From NCBI GenBank assembly GCA_035645855.1, contig DASQLU010000067.1:231-64230 (forward strand): a stretch of 64,000 nucleotides of DNA. Direction: 5' to 3'. Of the stretch, positions 9,695 through 19,943 are shown one piece after another. The position numbers and the translations under genes are program-made. Origin of the DNA: Pyrinomonadaceae bacterium. GTDB taxonomy: Bacteria > Acidobacteriota > Blastocatellia > Pyrinomonadales > Pyrinomonadaceae. A model generated the notes under the pieces. It saw only the letters and a program-made list of their open reading frames with translations, ran no database searches and was not told the DNA's origin. The first letter of the stretch is position 1; each line of letters begins with the position of its first letter.

Positions 9695-11026
9695 ATGAGA
9701 CCAATCATCAGAGTTGAAAATCTCGGCAAGCAGTACGGCTTCGGAGGATTGCACCCGGCTTACATGACGTTTCGCGAGGCGGCGGCGGCCGCCGTGGTCA
9801 GGCCGTTCAAACGTGTGCGGCGGCGGCGCGGCATGCAGCCCGCGACCGAAGAAAGACAATGGGCGCTTAAAGACGTTTCTTTCGAGATCGAGCCGGGCGA
9901 GGTGGTCGGTCTCATCGGCAACAACGGGGCGGGCAAATCCACGCTGCTCAAAATCCTTTCGCGCATCGTCGAACCCACTACGGGCACTTTTGAACTGTAC
10001 GGAAGAATCGGCAGCCTGCTCGAAGTCGGCACGGGTTTTCATCCAGACCTTTCCGGGCGCGAGAACATTTTTTTGAACGGCGCGCTCTTAGGGATCAAGC
10101 GCGCCGAACTCCAACGCAGATTCGATGAGATCGTCGCTTTCTCCGAGATCGAGCAGTTTATCGATCTGCCCGTCAAGTGGTATTCGAGCGGGATGTACCT
10201 GCGCCTCGCCTTCTCGGTCGCGGCGCACCTCAATACGGAGATATTGACGATGGACGAGGTGCTGGCCGTCGGCGACATCTCGTTCCAGCAGAAGTGCATC
10301 GACAAGGTGAACGAGATCAGGGAGCAGGGGCGCACCATCCTGTTCGTCTCGCACAGCATGTCGGCGGTGACTCGCCTGTGCGAGCGAGTCATCTTGCTGG
10401 ACAAGGGGCGCGTCGTGAAAGACGGCGCGGCGGCGGAAGTCGTGGGCGATTACATGGGCGAGAGCATGAATGTCACGACCGCCGTGCGGGAGTGGCCTGA
10501 CCCGCAGAGCGCGCCGGGCAATGAGGTGGTGCGCATCCGCCGTGTGCGTGTGCGGACGGGGGAAGGCGACACCGCGCCGCAAGTGGACATCCGCAATTCC
10601 GTCGGAATCGAAATGACCTACGAAGTGCTCCAACCAAATCAGATACTGACCCCCAGCTTCGATTTGTTCAACGAGCAGGGCGTGCATGTGTTCGCCGTCC
10701 ACGATGTCGGGCCGGAGTGGCGACGCGAGCCGAGACCCGTCGGGCGCTACGTCAGCACGATGTGGATACCCGGCAACACGCTCTCCGAAGGCCGTCTGCT
10801 GGTGCAAGCCTCTGTTTTGTCATATCACCCCGGCCTTCGTCTGCACATGCGAGAGCCGAACGTCGTCACGTTCCGCGTTGTCGAAAGTGAGGGAGGGGAT
10901 TCAGCGCGGGGGGATTACGTCGGCGCGGTTCCGGGTGTCGTGAGGCCGCTGCTGCCCTGGCAGACGGATTTCTATCAAACGACGGACATCGCTCCGAACA
11001 GGAGCAAGGGCTTGTCAGGTGTCTAA
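9695..11026 (+). CDS. wzt: Polysaccharide ABC transporter ATP-binding protein with C-terminal glycan-terminus-binding-type domain (Wzt-like)
   Basis: Walker [10 protein letters not shown], signature [11 protein letters not shown], Walker [13 protein letters not shown]. About 180 aa extend beyond the NBD ([15 protein letters not shown]...[10 protein letters not shown]...), as in Wzt proteins carrying a carbohydrate-binding module. Confidence 0.8.
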   Translation: MRPIIRVENLGKQYGFGGLHPAYMTFREAAAAAVVRPFKRVRRRRGMQPATEERQWALKDVSFEIEPGEVVGLIGNNGAGKSTLLKILSRIVEPTTGTFELYGRIGSLLEVGTGFHPDLSGRENIFLNGALLGIKRAELQRRFDEIVAFSEIEQFIDLPVKWYSSGMYLRLAFSVAAHLNTEILTMDEVLAVGDISFQQKCIDKVNEIREQGRTILFVSHSMSAVTRLCERVILLDKGRVVKDGAAAEVVGDYMGESMNVTTAVREWPDPQSAPGNEVVRIRRVRVRTGEGDTAPQVDIRNSVGIEMTYEVLQPNQILTPSFDLFNEQGVHVFAVHDVGPEWRREPRPVGRYVSTMWIPGNTLSEGRLLVQASVLSYHPGLRLHMREPNVVTFRVVESEGGDSARGDYVGAVPGVVRPLLPWQTDFYQTTDIAPNRSKGLSGV

Positions 11027-11055
11027 ATGATTATTGCCTGACGAAATGCGACTTA

Positions 11056-12573
11056 TTGATCGGTGTTAAGAAAATGGTGACAGTTAAAGATAAGCTCAGG
11101 GATGTTCAAGCAGGGGAGGCACAGCCCTCGGCGCTCCGTGATCAGCTTGATGAGACCGAAGCCCAATTCCAAATCATCGCGCGCCAGTGGCTCGACAAAG
11201 AGCGACAGCTACAAGAGTTGGCGCAACTAATCAAGAGTCGAGATCAACAGCACCAGGCGCTCAGCGAATCCTTAAACGCTTACCGGCAGAAAGCGGAGGA
11301 ACTGGAACAGCAGGCCGCCACACGGGAAGACCTGCTCGCGGCGAAAGACCGGCAACTGCAAGCACAGGAAATTCTCTTAGTTCAGCAAGACCAGCAACTT
11401 CACGAGGCGCGTCGTCAACTCGAAGAGTCAAATTACCAACTCGAAGAGTCAAATTACCAACTCGAAGCTAAGACACAGCACCTCTCGGCGGTTGAGAAAT
11501 ACGCGCGGGAATTGGTCGACTCGCGCGCCTTCAGGATCGGTTCGGTTATGACGTGGCCGGTGCGCAAGTTACGACATCGCCAATGGCGTCACAACTCCCA
11601 CCAGCTTCCCGAGCCGGAACTCAGTTCGACAAGTGTGGAATCTGTTGAGGCCGGGACGGCGAACGCAATCTCATTTCCGCCATTGATAGTTGAACCGGCC
11701 ATGCGAGCAATTGTGCGGGAGGTCAAGCCGGTGAGGAATGTCGGCAGGATGGCGATTGGGGTCGTCACCTACAATAATCCGCCCGCCCATCTCACACAAT
11801 TGCTGCGCTCAATCGAATTGTCCGCGAGCCGCCTCAACGAGCCGGACATCAGTGTCCGGCTATATTCGATTGATAACGGGTCAGAGGCTCTCTGGCCGGA
11901 GTCCGACATTCCTCTGACACGCCTCGCCTCACATGGCAACATCGGTTTTGGTCGCGCCATGAATCTCTTGATGTCGGCGGCCTTTGCCGAAAAAGAGACC
12001 GAATGGTTCCTGTGCGTCAACCCGGACGGCATCATCCACCACCGCGCGCTTGGCGAACTTTTGTCGAGCAGCAAGGCGCAACCCGACAGTTTGCTCGAAG
12101 CCCGCCAGTTCCCGGAAGAACACGCCAAGTCATATGACCCTGTGACGCTGGAAACGTCCTGGGCTTCGGGCGCGTGCCTGCTCATCCGCCGGGAGATATA
12201 CGAAACGGTCGGAGGATTTGATCCTAACTTCTTCATGTATCTGGAGGACGTTGATCTCTCCTGGCGCGCACGGGCTGCGGGGTTCTCCGTTAAGGTCGCG
12301 CCGCGCGCGTTATTCGGGCACGCCGTGCTTGGGCGCGAGTACGCTCCCGGCACCGACGCGACTTTTCTTCTGTCTGGAAGATACCTGGCGCGCAAGTGGA
12401 AAAATTCGCAGTTCCTTCGCTGGGTTGAACGAGAACTCATCAGCCGTGGTCATTTTCGGGCTAAGACTGATCTGCCGCCGTTGCCCGATCCGGACAACAT
12501 CAGCGACAGCGAAATCTTATTCGTCCAACCGGACTTCAATAATTATTTTAACTTTTCGTCGCCGAGGTGGTGA
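11056..12573 (+). CDS. Coiled-coil / GT2 glycosyltransferase fusion
   Basis: About 140 aa of Q/E/L-rich heptad sequence ([19 protein letters not shown]...[23 protein letters not shown]). A GT-A domain follows ([11 protein letters not shown]...YSIDNGS...NPDGI...[34 protein letters not shown]). Confidence 0.75.
   Translation: MIGVKKMVTVKDKLRDVQAGEAQPSALRDQLDETEAQFQIIARQWLDKERQLQELAQLIKSRDQQHQALSESLNAYRQKAEELEQQAATREDLLAAKDRQLQAQEILLVQQDQQLHEARRQLEESNYQLEESNYQLEAKTQHLSAVEKYARELVDSRAFRIGSVMTWPVRKLRHRQWRHNSHQLPEPELSSTSVESVEAGTANAISFPPLIVEPAMRAIVREVKPVRNVGRMAIGVVTYNNPPAHLTQLLRSIELSASRLNEPDISVRLYSIDNGSEALWPESDIPLTRLASHGNIGFGRAMNLLMSAAFAEKETEWFLCVNPDGIIHHRALGELLSSSKAQPDSLLEARQFPEEHAKSYDPVTLETSWASGACLLIRREIYETVGGFDPNFFMYLEDVDLSWRARAAGFSVKVAPRALFGHAVLGREYAPGTDATFLLSGRYLARKWKNSQFLRWVERELISRGHFRAKTDLPPLPDPDNISDSEILFVQPDFNNYFNFSSPRW
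11416..11467 (+). repeat. Perfect 21-bp tandem duplication (caactcgaagagtcaaattac x2 plus a 10-nt partial third copy) inside the coiled-coil coding region
   Basis: Read directly from sequence: 11416-11436 is identical to 11437-11457, and 11458-11467 repeats the first 10 nt. The duplication is in frame and duplicates the heptad QLEESNY. Confidence 0.95.
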
Positions 12574-12683
12574 GTTGCCTGTAAACCATCAGGCGAGAAG
12601 AGTCTTGAGCCAGGATTTGGAGCGGCACGGTTCTGACTTCGAAATGGTTTTCTCCGAGACATGCGAAGCAGAGTTTTAGTTGA

Positions 12684-13826
12684 GTGCAGAAGGGCAAGCA
12701 GATGAAATCCTTAAAAATAGTTCCGGCTCACAACAGTCCAGCGGTCTTCGATGCAGAGCCGAAGGATGCGCTCAGGAAACCCAAGCCACATCTCTTTGAT
12801 AACAGCACTCTCAGCGTCATCGTTCGCTTTCACCAGAGGGAGAGGCTTAATTTTCTGGAAGAAGCGATCTTTTCTTTGGCCCTCCAAAACTGGTCAGACC
12901 TCGAACCTATCATCGTGCTGCAAAACGGTAACGATGAACTGCATCGGTCGATCTCGGACATGCTGGATCATCAGCCGTGGCGTGTATCTCCCAGGTATAA
13001 AATCGTGTCTGTCCAGATACCTGAAGGAACCGACGGGCGGAGCATTCTACTGAACCGTGGCATCGAGGCCGCGACGGGCAGATACCTGTCTTTCCTCGAC
13101 GACGACGACTGCGTGTATCACGACGGGTACACGACATTGATCCGGCAACTCATCGGCGGTGAGCGCGCGGTAGCGGTTGGCGGTTGCCGCCGGGCGCAGA
13201 TCGGTTATGAAAGCGATCACTGGTTTACACACAAGAAAGATAACTTTTTCGCCTGGGGTCGAACGCTCGCCGATCTGTTCGCCGAAAATTTCGTGCCCAT
13301 CCACTCATACGTGATCGACCGTGCGCGGCTCGGCAACTCGGAGTTGAAGTTCGACGAGTCCTTCACTTTGCTGGAGGATTACGACTTCGTGTTGCGCCTG
13401 TTCGCGGCGCACGAGCCGGACTTCGCCTTACTGGATAAACCTGTCTGCGAATACAGGATACGTCTCGACGGCTCGAATAGCATCGCGCACACTCCTGCCG
13501 CTTCCCCGGAGGTTGTTGATTTACAGCAGCGCGCCTGGGTGATGATCAAAGAGAGCAAGAAAAACCTTTACTGTAAATACTTCTCCGACAAAAACATCAA
13601 TGACTTTTTAGAGTCTGCGACCAGCCACGCCTGTTTAGAGTCCGGCGAGCAGGCACGGAACGGTGTGGATCGAGAAAGGCGTGTGCTCCTGAAAATCGTT
13701 CTCAGGATGTATGACTTCTTCAGCCGCTATCCGCGCCCGGAACGGTGGCTTAGTAAGACACTACATCTCATGTGGTGCACGTACAAAAAATTTGATAACA
13801 GCGCGTCACTCGATAAACAAAGGTGA
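12684..13826 (+). CDS. Glycosyltransferase family 2
   Basis: LSVIVRFHQRERLNFLEEAIFSLALQ...YLSFLDDDDCVYHDGY...LEDYDFVLRL is a GT-A fold with a DDD metal-binding motif. Confidence 0.7.
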   Translation: MQKGKQMKSLKIVPAHNSPAVFDAEPKDALRKPKPHLFDNSTLSVIVRFHQRERLNFLEEAIFSLALQNWSDLEPIIVLQNGNDELHRSISDMLDHQPWRVSPRYKIVSVQIPEGTDGRSILLNRGIEAATGRYLSFLDDDDCVYHDGYTTLIRQLIGGERAVAVGGCRRAQIGYESDHWFTHKKDNFFAWGRTLADLFAENFVPIHSYVIDRARLGNSELKFDESFTLLEDYDFVLRLFAAHEPDFALLDKPVCEYRIRLDGSNSIAHTPAASPEVVDLQQRAWVMIKESKKNLYCKYFSDKNINDFLESATSHACLESGEQARNGVDRERRVLLKIVLRMYDFFSRYPRPERWLSKTLHLMWCTYKKFDNSASLDKQR

Positions 13827-13853
13827 CGAACGAAACCTGAAATTTGGTGTGTC

Positions 13854-14849
13854 ATGTTCAAGGCGAAAAAAATACTTGTGACCGGTGCCGGTGGGTTTAT
13901 CGGCCACCACCTGGTGAAGTCCCTGAAGTCCGATGGCTACTGGGTGAGAGGCGTGGATATAAAGTACCCGGAATATGAGACCAGCCACGCAGACGAGTTT
14001 GAGTTGCTGGATTTGAGGAGGAGTGAAAACTGTCTGCGCGCAACCTCTGGCGTCGAGCAAGTGTACAATCTTGCGGCGAATATGGGTGGGATCGGTTTTA
14101 TCGAAAGTCATAAAGCCGAGATCGTGCATGACAATGTTCTCATCAATATTCACATGCTGGAGGCCGCAAAAAAGAATCGTCTGGAAAAGTTCCTCTTCAC
14201 ATCTTCGGCCTGCGTCTACCCCGCTTATCGACAGAACATCGCGGATGCCATTCCCCTCAAAGAGGAAGACGCCTATCCGGCTGACGCCGAGGACGGGTAC
14301 GGTTGGGAGAAACTGTATGCGGAGAGAGCCTGCCGGCATTACCGCGAAGATTACGGACTCAAAACTTACATCGTTCGCTTCCACAACATCTACGGCCCTC
14401 TCGGCAGCTTTGACGGCGGGAGAGAAAAATCGCCGGCGGCGATTTGTCGTAAGATTGCGCTCGCCGACGACATGGACGAGATCGAAGTCTGGGGTGACGG
14501 AGAGCAGACGCGCTCTTACTGTTACATAGATGATTGTGTCGAGGGCATCACCAGATTAATGAGGTCGGACTTCCACGAACCGCTCAATCTCGGACAAGAC
14601 AGGATGATCACGATCAACGAACTGGTCGCACTCGTCGCGGAGATTGCCGGCAGGAAGATCAAGCAGCGGTATGACTTGTCGAAGCCTCAGGGCGTGCGTG
14701 GCAGAAATAGCGATAACACGAAGCTGCGCGAGGTGCTCGGCTGGGAACCACAAACTCCGTTGGAGAAAGGTCTGGAGATAACTTACAGATGGATTCAGGG
14801 AGAGTTGAGCGCTGCGGGACATTTAAAGGAACATGCGCTCTGCGTGTAG
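13854..14849 (+). CDS. GDP-mannose 3,5-epimerase-like extended SDR (NAD-dependent epimerase)
   Basis: Rossmann motif VTGAGGFIGHH, and SSACVYP...YGWEKL (the YxxxK catalytic pair). Long stretches typical of GME enzymes: NLAANMGGIGFI, RFHNIYGPLGSFDGGREKSPAAICRK, WGDGEQTRSYCYIDDCVEG, GVRGRNSDN. Confidence 0.75.
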   Translation: MFKAKKILVTGAGGFIGHHLVKSLKSDGYWVRGVDIKYPEYETSHADEFELLDLRRSENCLRATSGVEQVYNLAANMGGIGFIESHKAEIVHDNVLINIHMLEAAKKNRLEKFLFTSSACVYPAYRQNIADAIPLKEEDAYPADAEDGYGWEKLYAERACRHYREDYGLKTYIVRFHNIYGPLGSFDGGREKSPAAICRKIALADDMDEIEVWGDGEQTRSYCYIDDCVEGITRLMRSDFHEPLNLGQDRMITINELVALVAEIAGRKIKQRYDLSKPQGVRGRNSDNTKLREVLGWEPQTPLEKGLEITYRWIQGELSAAGHLKEHALCV

Positions 14850-14906
14850 CCGCCAATCTTACACGGCTGATATTTTACGGAAGCACCTTTTACGCAGTGA
14901 GCAGTT

Positions 14907-17360
14907 ATGAATAGATCGATATTGAGACTCGTGATGAGCTTGGCGCTGCTGATCATCCCTGATGTGCTGAGTGCGCAGTCATTGGTCAGAGAGGGGGACC
15001 TCTCCGTTTTGGATGTCTCTACGTTCGCACGGTCTCAACAACGCGACGATACCCGCATCGTCTCCGGCGTGATTCTCTCGACGCAAAACGAACTCGTCGC
15101 CGGGGTGAACGTCCTCGCACGCTCGGCCAACGGCGAGCAGCGGACGACGAGCGACGCCGAAGGCAACTTTCGCCTGTCTGTTCCCAATGGGGTGGTGACG
15201 CTCAATTTCTTCGGCCGGGGCATCGCGCTTGTCTCAAAAACAATCGCGGCGGGCGAGCCTGCGGAAGACCTGCAAATCAAGGTTTCGTTCATCGTGCCGC
15301 CCGTGCACGAATCGGTTGTCATCATGTCGTCCATCGTCGCTCCGGGCGTCGAGCGGCGCAACGATGCGATCTACCGCGACGGCCTTTTTCTGCGCGACGA
15401 TCAAATCTTCCACACGCTGGACGCGGGGATCAACGCCGGTCAGCACGAAGGCGGCGGCAAGTCTGTGGAGATACGCCGCTTCGGCTTCAACACCGACCAC
15501 GGCGGCGTGGGCGGCGGGCTGAAAGTGCTGGTGGACGACGTGCAGCAGAATTTCAGCACGCAGGGACACGGGCAAGGATATCTCGGCCAGCTCAAGAGTC
15601 TCACGCCCGAACTCGTCGCCGGGGTGGACATTCTGAACGGCCCCTTTAGCGCAGAGTACGGCGACTTCTCCGGCCTCGGTGTCGTCCACATCCGCACGAA
15701 AGAGTCGCTGCCGGACGAATTCGCTGTGCGTCTGCAAGGCGGCTCGTTCGACAGCTTCCGCGGCTTCTTCGCCTACAGTCCGAAATTGGATAAAGCGGTC
15801 GGGTTCCTCACCTATGAGGCGTCGCGCACCGACGGGCCTTTCAACAGTCCACTGCGCTACAAGCGCGACAACGTGACCGGCAATTACACGCGCACGCTCG
15901 ACGCTAAATCGGCGCTCGGCTTTAAGTTCAACTTCGGGCGCAACAGCTTTTTCTCATCGGGGCAGATTCCGCTCGACGAGGTGGCGGCCGGACGGCTCGA
16001 CCGTTTCGGCTTCATCGACCCCGATAACGGCGGGCGCGTGCGTTCAGGCACGGCCGGCATCTATTACCGCCGCGAACTCGGCGACGGGAGCCTCTTGAAG
16101 GTTGACGGCTACGTGACCCGCTCGCTCTTCGACCTGTGGTCAAACTTCACGTTCTTTCTTGCCGACCCGGAGTTCGGCGACGAGATTCAACAACACGACT
16201 CGCGCTTGCAGCAGGGAGCTAACGCGCAGTATCTACGCCCCTATGCGTTCTCCGGCGGGCGTGGACTGTTGACGCTGGGGGGCAACCTACAATCCTTCCA
16301 GACCAACGTCGGCCTCTATCCCTCGACGGGTCGCAACCCGAACCGCGCGGAACTCGCGCGAGCGAATTTGGCGGACTGCCCGTTCAACGGTAATCCCGGC
16401 CAGCCGGGGCTGCCCGACAAATTCAATAGCCCCTGCTTTCTTCTCACCAGTGCGGACGCGCGCGTGACCAACACGGCAGGGTACATACAGCAAACGCTCG
16501 ATCTGCTGGACGGCCACCTGCACCTTGAAGGCGGTCTGCGATACGATGATTTCCGTTTCAGCGTCGTTGACAAGATCAGGCCGATCTTCTCCGGCAGGCA
16601 GAGCGACGGGCGACTTCAGCCGAAAGCCAGCGTCGCTTACGTGCCGTCGCACTCCTTTCCGGCGACCTTCCACTTCAACTATGGGCGCGGCATCAGTAGC
16701 CAGGACGCGCGCGGGGTCGTGCAACGACCCGACAGCCCGAAGGTGGCGACCACTGACTTCTATCAAATCGGCACGTCGCACAACTACAAGCGCTTCTCCC
16801 TGACCACAAATCTGTTCCTCATCGACACCTCGAACCAGCAGGTCTACATACCGGACGACGGCTCAATCGAATTCGCTGGCGCAAGCCGCTCAACCGGCTT
16901 CGAGATCAAGAACTCGATAGCGATCACACGCTATCTATCCTTCAACGGCGGCATCACGCAGGTGATGAACGCTTTCTTCCGCGGCACGCGACCGCGCGAG
17001 TATGTGGACGGCGCGCCGCACACGGTGGCGAACGCCAGTTTCACGCTCTCGAACTATCGCGGCTTCGCCGGTTCGCTCCGTTACCGTCACACCGGCAACT
17101 ACCGCCTCGACCCGCTCGATGCGCGTATCCGCGCGGCCGGCCTAGACGTGGTTGACCTCTACGTCAGCAAACGTTTGCGCCGCTTCGTCGATGTCAATTT
17201 CGCGGTCGATAATATTTTCAACAAACGCTACTTCGAGACGCAGAATTTCTTCGAGTCGCGGTTGCGCTCCGGCGACGCTCCCGCGGAGCGTATCCATGCC
17301 ACGCCGGGCTATCCATCCGGCGTGACGCTCGGCCTGACCTTTAGATTCGGAGAAAAGTAG
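14907..17360 (+). CDS. TonB-dependent outer-membrane receptor with N-terminal carboxypeptidase-regulatory-like domain
   Basis: Signal peptide MNRSILRLVMSLALLIIPDVLSA. CarboxypepD_reg-like segment VSGVILSTQNELVAGVNVLARSANGEQRTTSDAEGNFRLSV. Plug-like region, then a long beta-barrel-type alternating sequence ending GVTLGLTFRFGEK. Confidence 0.8.
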   Translation: MNRSILRLVMSLALLIIPDVLSAQSLVREGDLSVLDVSTFARSQQRDDTRIVSGVILSTQNELVAGVNVLARSANGEQRTTSDAEGNFRLSVPNGVVTLNFFGRGIALVSKTIAAGEPAEDLQIKVSFIVPPVHESVVIMSSIVAPGVERRNDAIYRDGLFLRDDQIFHTLDAGINAGQHEGGGKSVEIRRFGFNTDHGGVGGGLKVLVDDVQQNFSTQGHGQGYLGQLKSLTPELVAGVDILNGPFSAEYGDFSGLGVVHIRTKESLPDEFAVRLQGGSFDSFRGFFAYSPKLDKAVGFLTYEASRTDGPFNSPLRYKRDNVTGNYTRTLDAKSALGFKFNFGRNSFFSSGQIPLDEVAAGRLDRFGFIDPDNGGRVRSGTAGIYYRRELGDGSLLKVDGYVTRSLFDLWSNFTFFLADPEFGDEIQQHDSRLQQGANAQYLRPYAFSGGRGLLTLGGNLQSFQTNVGLYPSTGRNPNRAELARANLADCPFNGNPGQPGLPDKFNSPCFLLTSADARVTNTAGYIQQTLDLLDGHLHLEGGLRYDDFRFSVVDKIRPIFSGRQSDGRLQPKASVAYVPSHSFPATFHFNYGRGISSQDARGVVQRPDSPKVATTDFYQIGTSHNYKRFSLTTNLFLIDTSNQQVYIPDDGSIEFAGASRSTGFEIKNSIAITRYLSFNGGITQVMNAFFRGTRPREYVDGAPHTVANASFTLSNYRGFAGSLRYRHTGNYRLDPLDARIRAAGLDVVDLYVSKRLRRFVDVNFAVDNIFNKRYFETQNFFESRLRSGDAPAERIHATPGYPSGVTLGLTFRFGEK

Positions 17361-17547
17361 CGGCAGTTATCGTCTGTCAGGGCGCGCTCGCAAACAAACG
17401 CGACTGAAACCGATTTCTTCGATTAGCTCCTCATAATGGCATGAGCAGGGACTGGTTTGTTAAGGCACATAAGGAAGCGGTTATGTGTCACAACCAGGGC
17501 TGGCCTTCTGAAGTATCAGGCTGATGAAGGCGGGTATATAAATCTAC

Positions 17548-17579
17548 GAACGGGACAATTGATTTCTATTGTCCCGTTC
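17548..17579. repeat. Perfect 12-bp inverted repeat (gaacgggacaat N8 attgtcccgttc)
   Basis: Read directly from sequence. It lies in the AT-richer intergenic region about 190 nt downstream of the TonB receptor stop. It could be a terminator or an operator. Confidence 0.8.
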
Positions 17580-17931
17580 ATTATATATGCCCACGAGATG
17601 ACTCTCATACCTTCATTGCAATGTGAACGGGTAAGCATTGTCGTGCAACAGCCCTCACTGGAATCAATCGAAATGTGGACAGCAATCGCGCCCGCCGTTA
17701 TGCTTCTATCCCCTGGTTAAGGATTTCGCAGGCATCTAAAAGTGTGGCGCATGACCTCGGCGTGCCCACGCTCAACGATCACGTCCCCGATTTGCTTGAG
17801 GAGTTAGCTTATGAGTTGGAGGATAGCTTCGCTGATTCCATGATTCGGGGACTTAAAAAAGAATCCTGTTAGCCACGGTTTGTCGCTATTCCTCACGAAC
17901 CAAGATAGAGTATGAACATTGACGAAACTCG

Positions 17932-18420
17932 ATGGCTGAGAGACGTGACAATGAGGTGGCAAAGGCGCACCCGATGAGTAGAGCTTCACCGGAAATGCAG
18001 GACCTGGCACGGCGCTTACTTGCGTTCGAGGCGGCGCGCGGCAACTCGTCCGCTGCACGCGCGGATGCCGCGGCACAGGTCATCGAGGGATTGCGTCTGC
18101 ACCTCATCAAGCTCGCGGGAGTGGCAGGCTTTCGCTCTCTTTTATCCCGTGCTCTGACACTGGCAGGGGCGGAAGCTCCTTCGCTAAAGATAGTGCGGGT
18201 ACGCACGGACGGCTCTCTGGAGGGATTCGATGGAATTGAGGGGAGCCGGGAGGGGGAAGCGGGGGCGGAAGCTGTGCAGGCCGGAATGGTTCTCGTGGCT
18301 AATTTGCTGGAACTGCTGGTGACCTTTATCGGCGAACCTTTAACTCTGCGCCTGGTGAAGGTCACATGGCCGGATGCGTCCATGGACAAAGGGAATCTGA
18401 TAACTGAGGAAAACCCATGA
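17932..18420 (+). CDS. Hypothetical protein, translationally coupled to the KaiC-like gene
   Basis: 162-aa ORF whose stop overlaps the KaiC-like start (ATGA at 18417-18420). No recognisable motif. Confidence 0.5.
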   Translation: MAERRDNEVAKAHPMSRASPEMQDLARRLLAFEAARGNSSAARADAAAQVIEGLRLHLIKLAGVAGFRSLLSRALTLAGAEAPSLKIVRVRTDGSLEGFDGIEGSREGEAGAEAVQAGMVLVANLLELLVTFIGEPLTLRLVKVTWPDASMDKGNLITEENP

Positions 18421-19934
18421 GTGTGGAAGACAAGGTGGAGATACGGAAACTGCCGACCGGCGTGCCGGGTCTGGATGAGATATTGGGCGGCGGCTTGCCC
18501 GAGTTCTCTTTCAACATCATCGCGGGCGCGCCCGGCGGCGGGAAGACCACGCTGGCGCATCAAATCATGTTTGCCAATGTCACCCCGGAACGTCCGGCGC
18601 TGTATTTCACCGTGCTCGGCGAACCGGCCATCAAGATGCTGCGGTATCAGCAGCAGTTTCAATTCTTCGACCAGAGCAAGTTGAACACCTGCATCCGCTT
18701 CGTCAATCTCAGCCATGTGGTGCTCGAACGCGATCTGGACGCGGTGCTGGAGGAGATCGTCAAAGAGGTCGAGGCGGTCAATCCCGGCATCGTCGTGGTG
18801 GACTCTTTTCGCACCGTGGTGCGGAGAGCACAGTCCGGCGGAAGTGATATTGAACTTCAGAGTTTCATCCAGCAGTTAGCCCTTAATCTGACGAGTTGGC
18901 AGGCGACCACGTTTCTCATCGGTGAGTACGAAGCGGACGAGTTGCGTGATAACCCCGTGTTCACCGTCGCCGACGGACTCTTCTGGCTCTCGCAGCAGGT
19001 GGAGCGAAATTCCATCGTGCGGAAGTTGCAGATCATAAAGTCGCGCGGGCAAGCATCGGTGCCGGGGCTGCACACCTTCCGCATCACGGGGGCGGGGCTG
19101 CAAGCCTTCCCGCGCACCCTCGGCCTCACCGGCAGAGAAGAGAGAGTCAGGGGACGGCGACGCCTGTCGCTCGGCGTCCCCGAACTGGACGAGATGATGG
19201 GCGGGGGCGTTCCCGAAGGGGACAGCCTGCTGGTGGCCGGTTCGTCGGGTACTGGAAAGTCGCTGCTGGGAACCAAGTTCATCGTCGAGGGCATTCGTCA
19301 GGATGAGCCGGGAATCATAGTGATGTTTGAGGAACGACCCGAAGAGTACGCGGAGCGTGCCGCCGGCTTTGGCCTCGATCTGGTCGCGCCGCAGCAGGAG
19401 GGCAAACTCAAACTGCTCTACATCCGCCCCCTCGACCTGTCCGTGGATGAGACGGTGCGTGAAATCATCGACGCGGTGCAGGAGATGGGCGCAAAGCGGC
19501 TGGTGATAGATTCGCTGGCCGGGTTCGAGCTGGCGCTCGCTCCCGGTTTCCGCACCGACTTCCGGGAATCGCTCTACCGGATGATCGGCGCGCTCACGCG
19601 GACGGGCGTGACCATCCTGAGCACCGTCGAAGTGCAGGAGACTTTTACCGGGTTCTCGCTCAGTTCCTACGCGATCTCGTTTCTCAGCGACGATATCCTT
19701 CGCCTGCGGTTCGTATCGATCAACGGCCAACTCCGAAAGATGGTGGTCGTCATCAAGATGCGGCGCAGCGCGCACAGCATCGACATGCGCGAATACGAAA
19801 TCACTTCCGAAGGCTTTGTCATCGGCGAGCGATTGAGGGGCTATCGCGGCCTGACCACCGGAGCTCCAGGGCCATGGAATAGCGGGCATCGGGAAAGCCA
19901 GGAATCAATGGATGGAGTGGAAGGTAATGACTAG
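18417..19934 (+). CDS. KaiC-like double RecA-domain ATPase
   Basis: Two tandem modules. Each has GxxGLDxxLGGG (VPGLDEILGGGLP; VPELDEMMGGGVP) followed by a Walker A motif (GAPGGGKTT; GSSGTGKSL). Confidence 0.85.
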   Translation: MSVEDKVEIRKLPTGVPGLDEILGGGLPEFSFNIIAGAPGGGKTTLAHQIMFANVTPERPALYFTVLGEPAIKMLRYQQQFQFFDQSKLNTCIRFVNLSHVVLERDLDAVLEEIVKEVEAVNPGIVVVDSFRTVVRRAQSGGSDIELQSFIQQLALNLTSWQATTFLIGEYEADELRDNPVFTVADGLFWLSQQVERNSIVRKLQIIKSRGQASVPGLHTFRITGAGLQAFPRTLGLTGREERVRGRRRLSLGVPELDEMMGGGVPEGDSLLVAGSSGTGKSLLGTKFIVEGIRQDEPGIIVMFEERPEEYAERAAGFGLDLVAPQQEGKLKLLYIRPLDLSVDETVREIIDAVQEMGAKRLVIDSLAGFELALAPGFRTDFRESLYRMIGALTRTGVTILSTVEVQETFTGFSLSSYAISFLSDDILRLRFVSINGQLRKMVVVIKMRRSAHSIDMREYEITSEGFVIGERLRGYRGLTTGAPGPWNSGHRESQESMDGVEGND

Positions 19935-19943
19935 GGGTGCGTT

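Noticed and set aside
17457-17872. ORFs 17457-17720 and 17675-17872 as real genes
   Set aside because: They are short, overlap each other and lie in an AT-rich spacer. Only the second has a weak sensor-like helix pattern. It is reported as a possible relic, not as a CDS.
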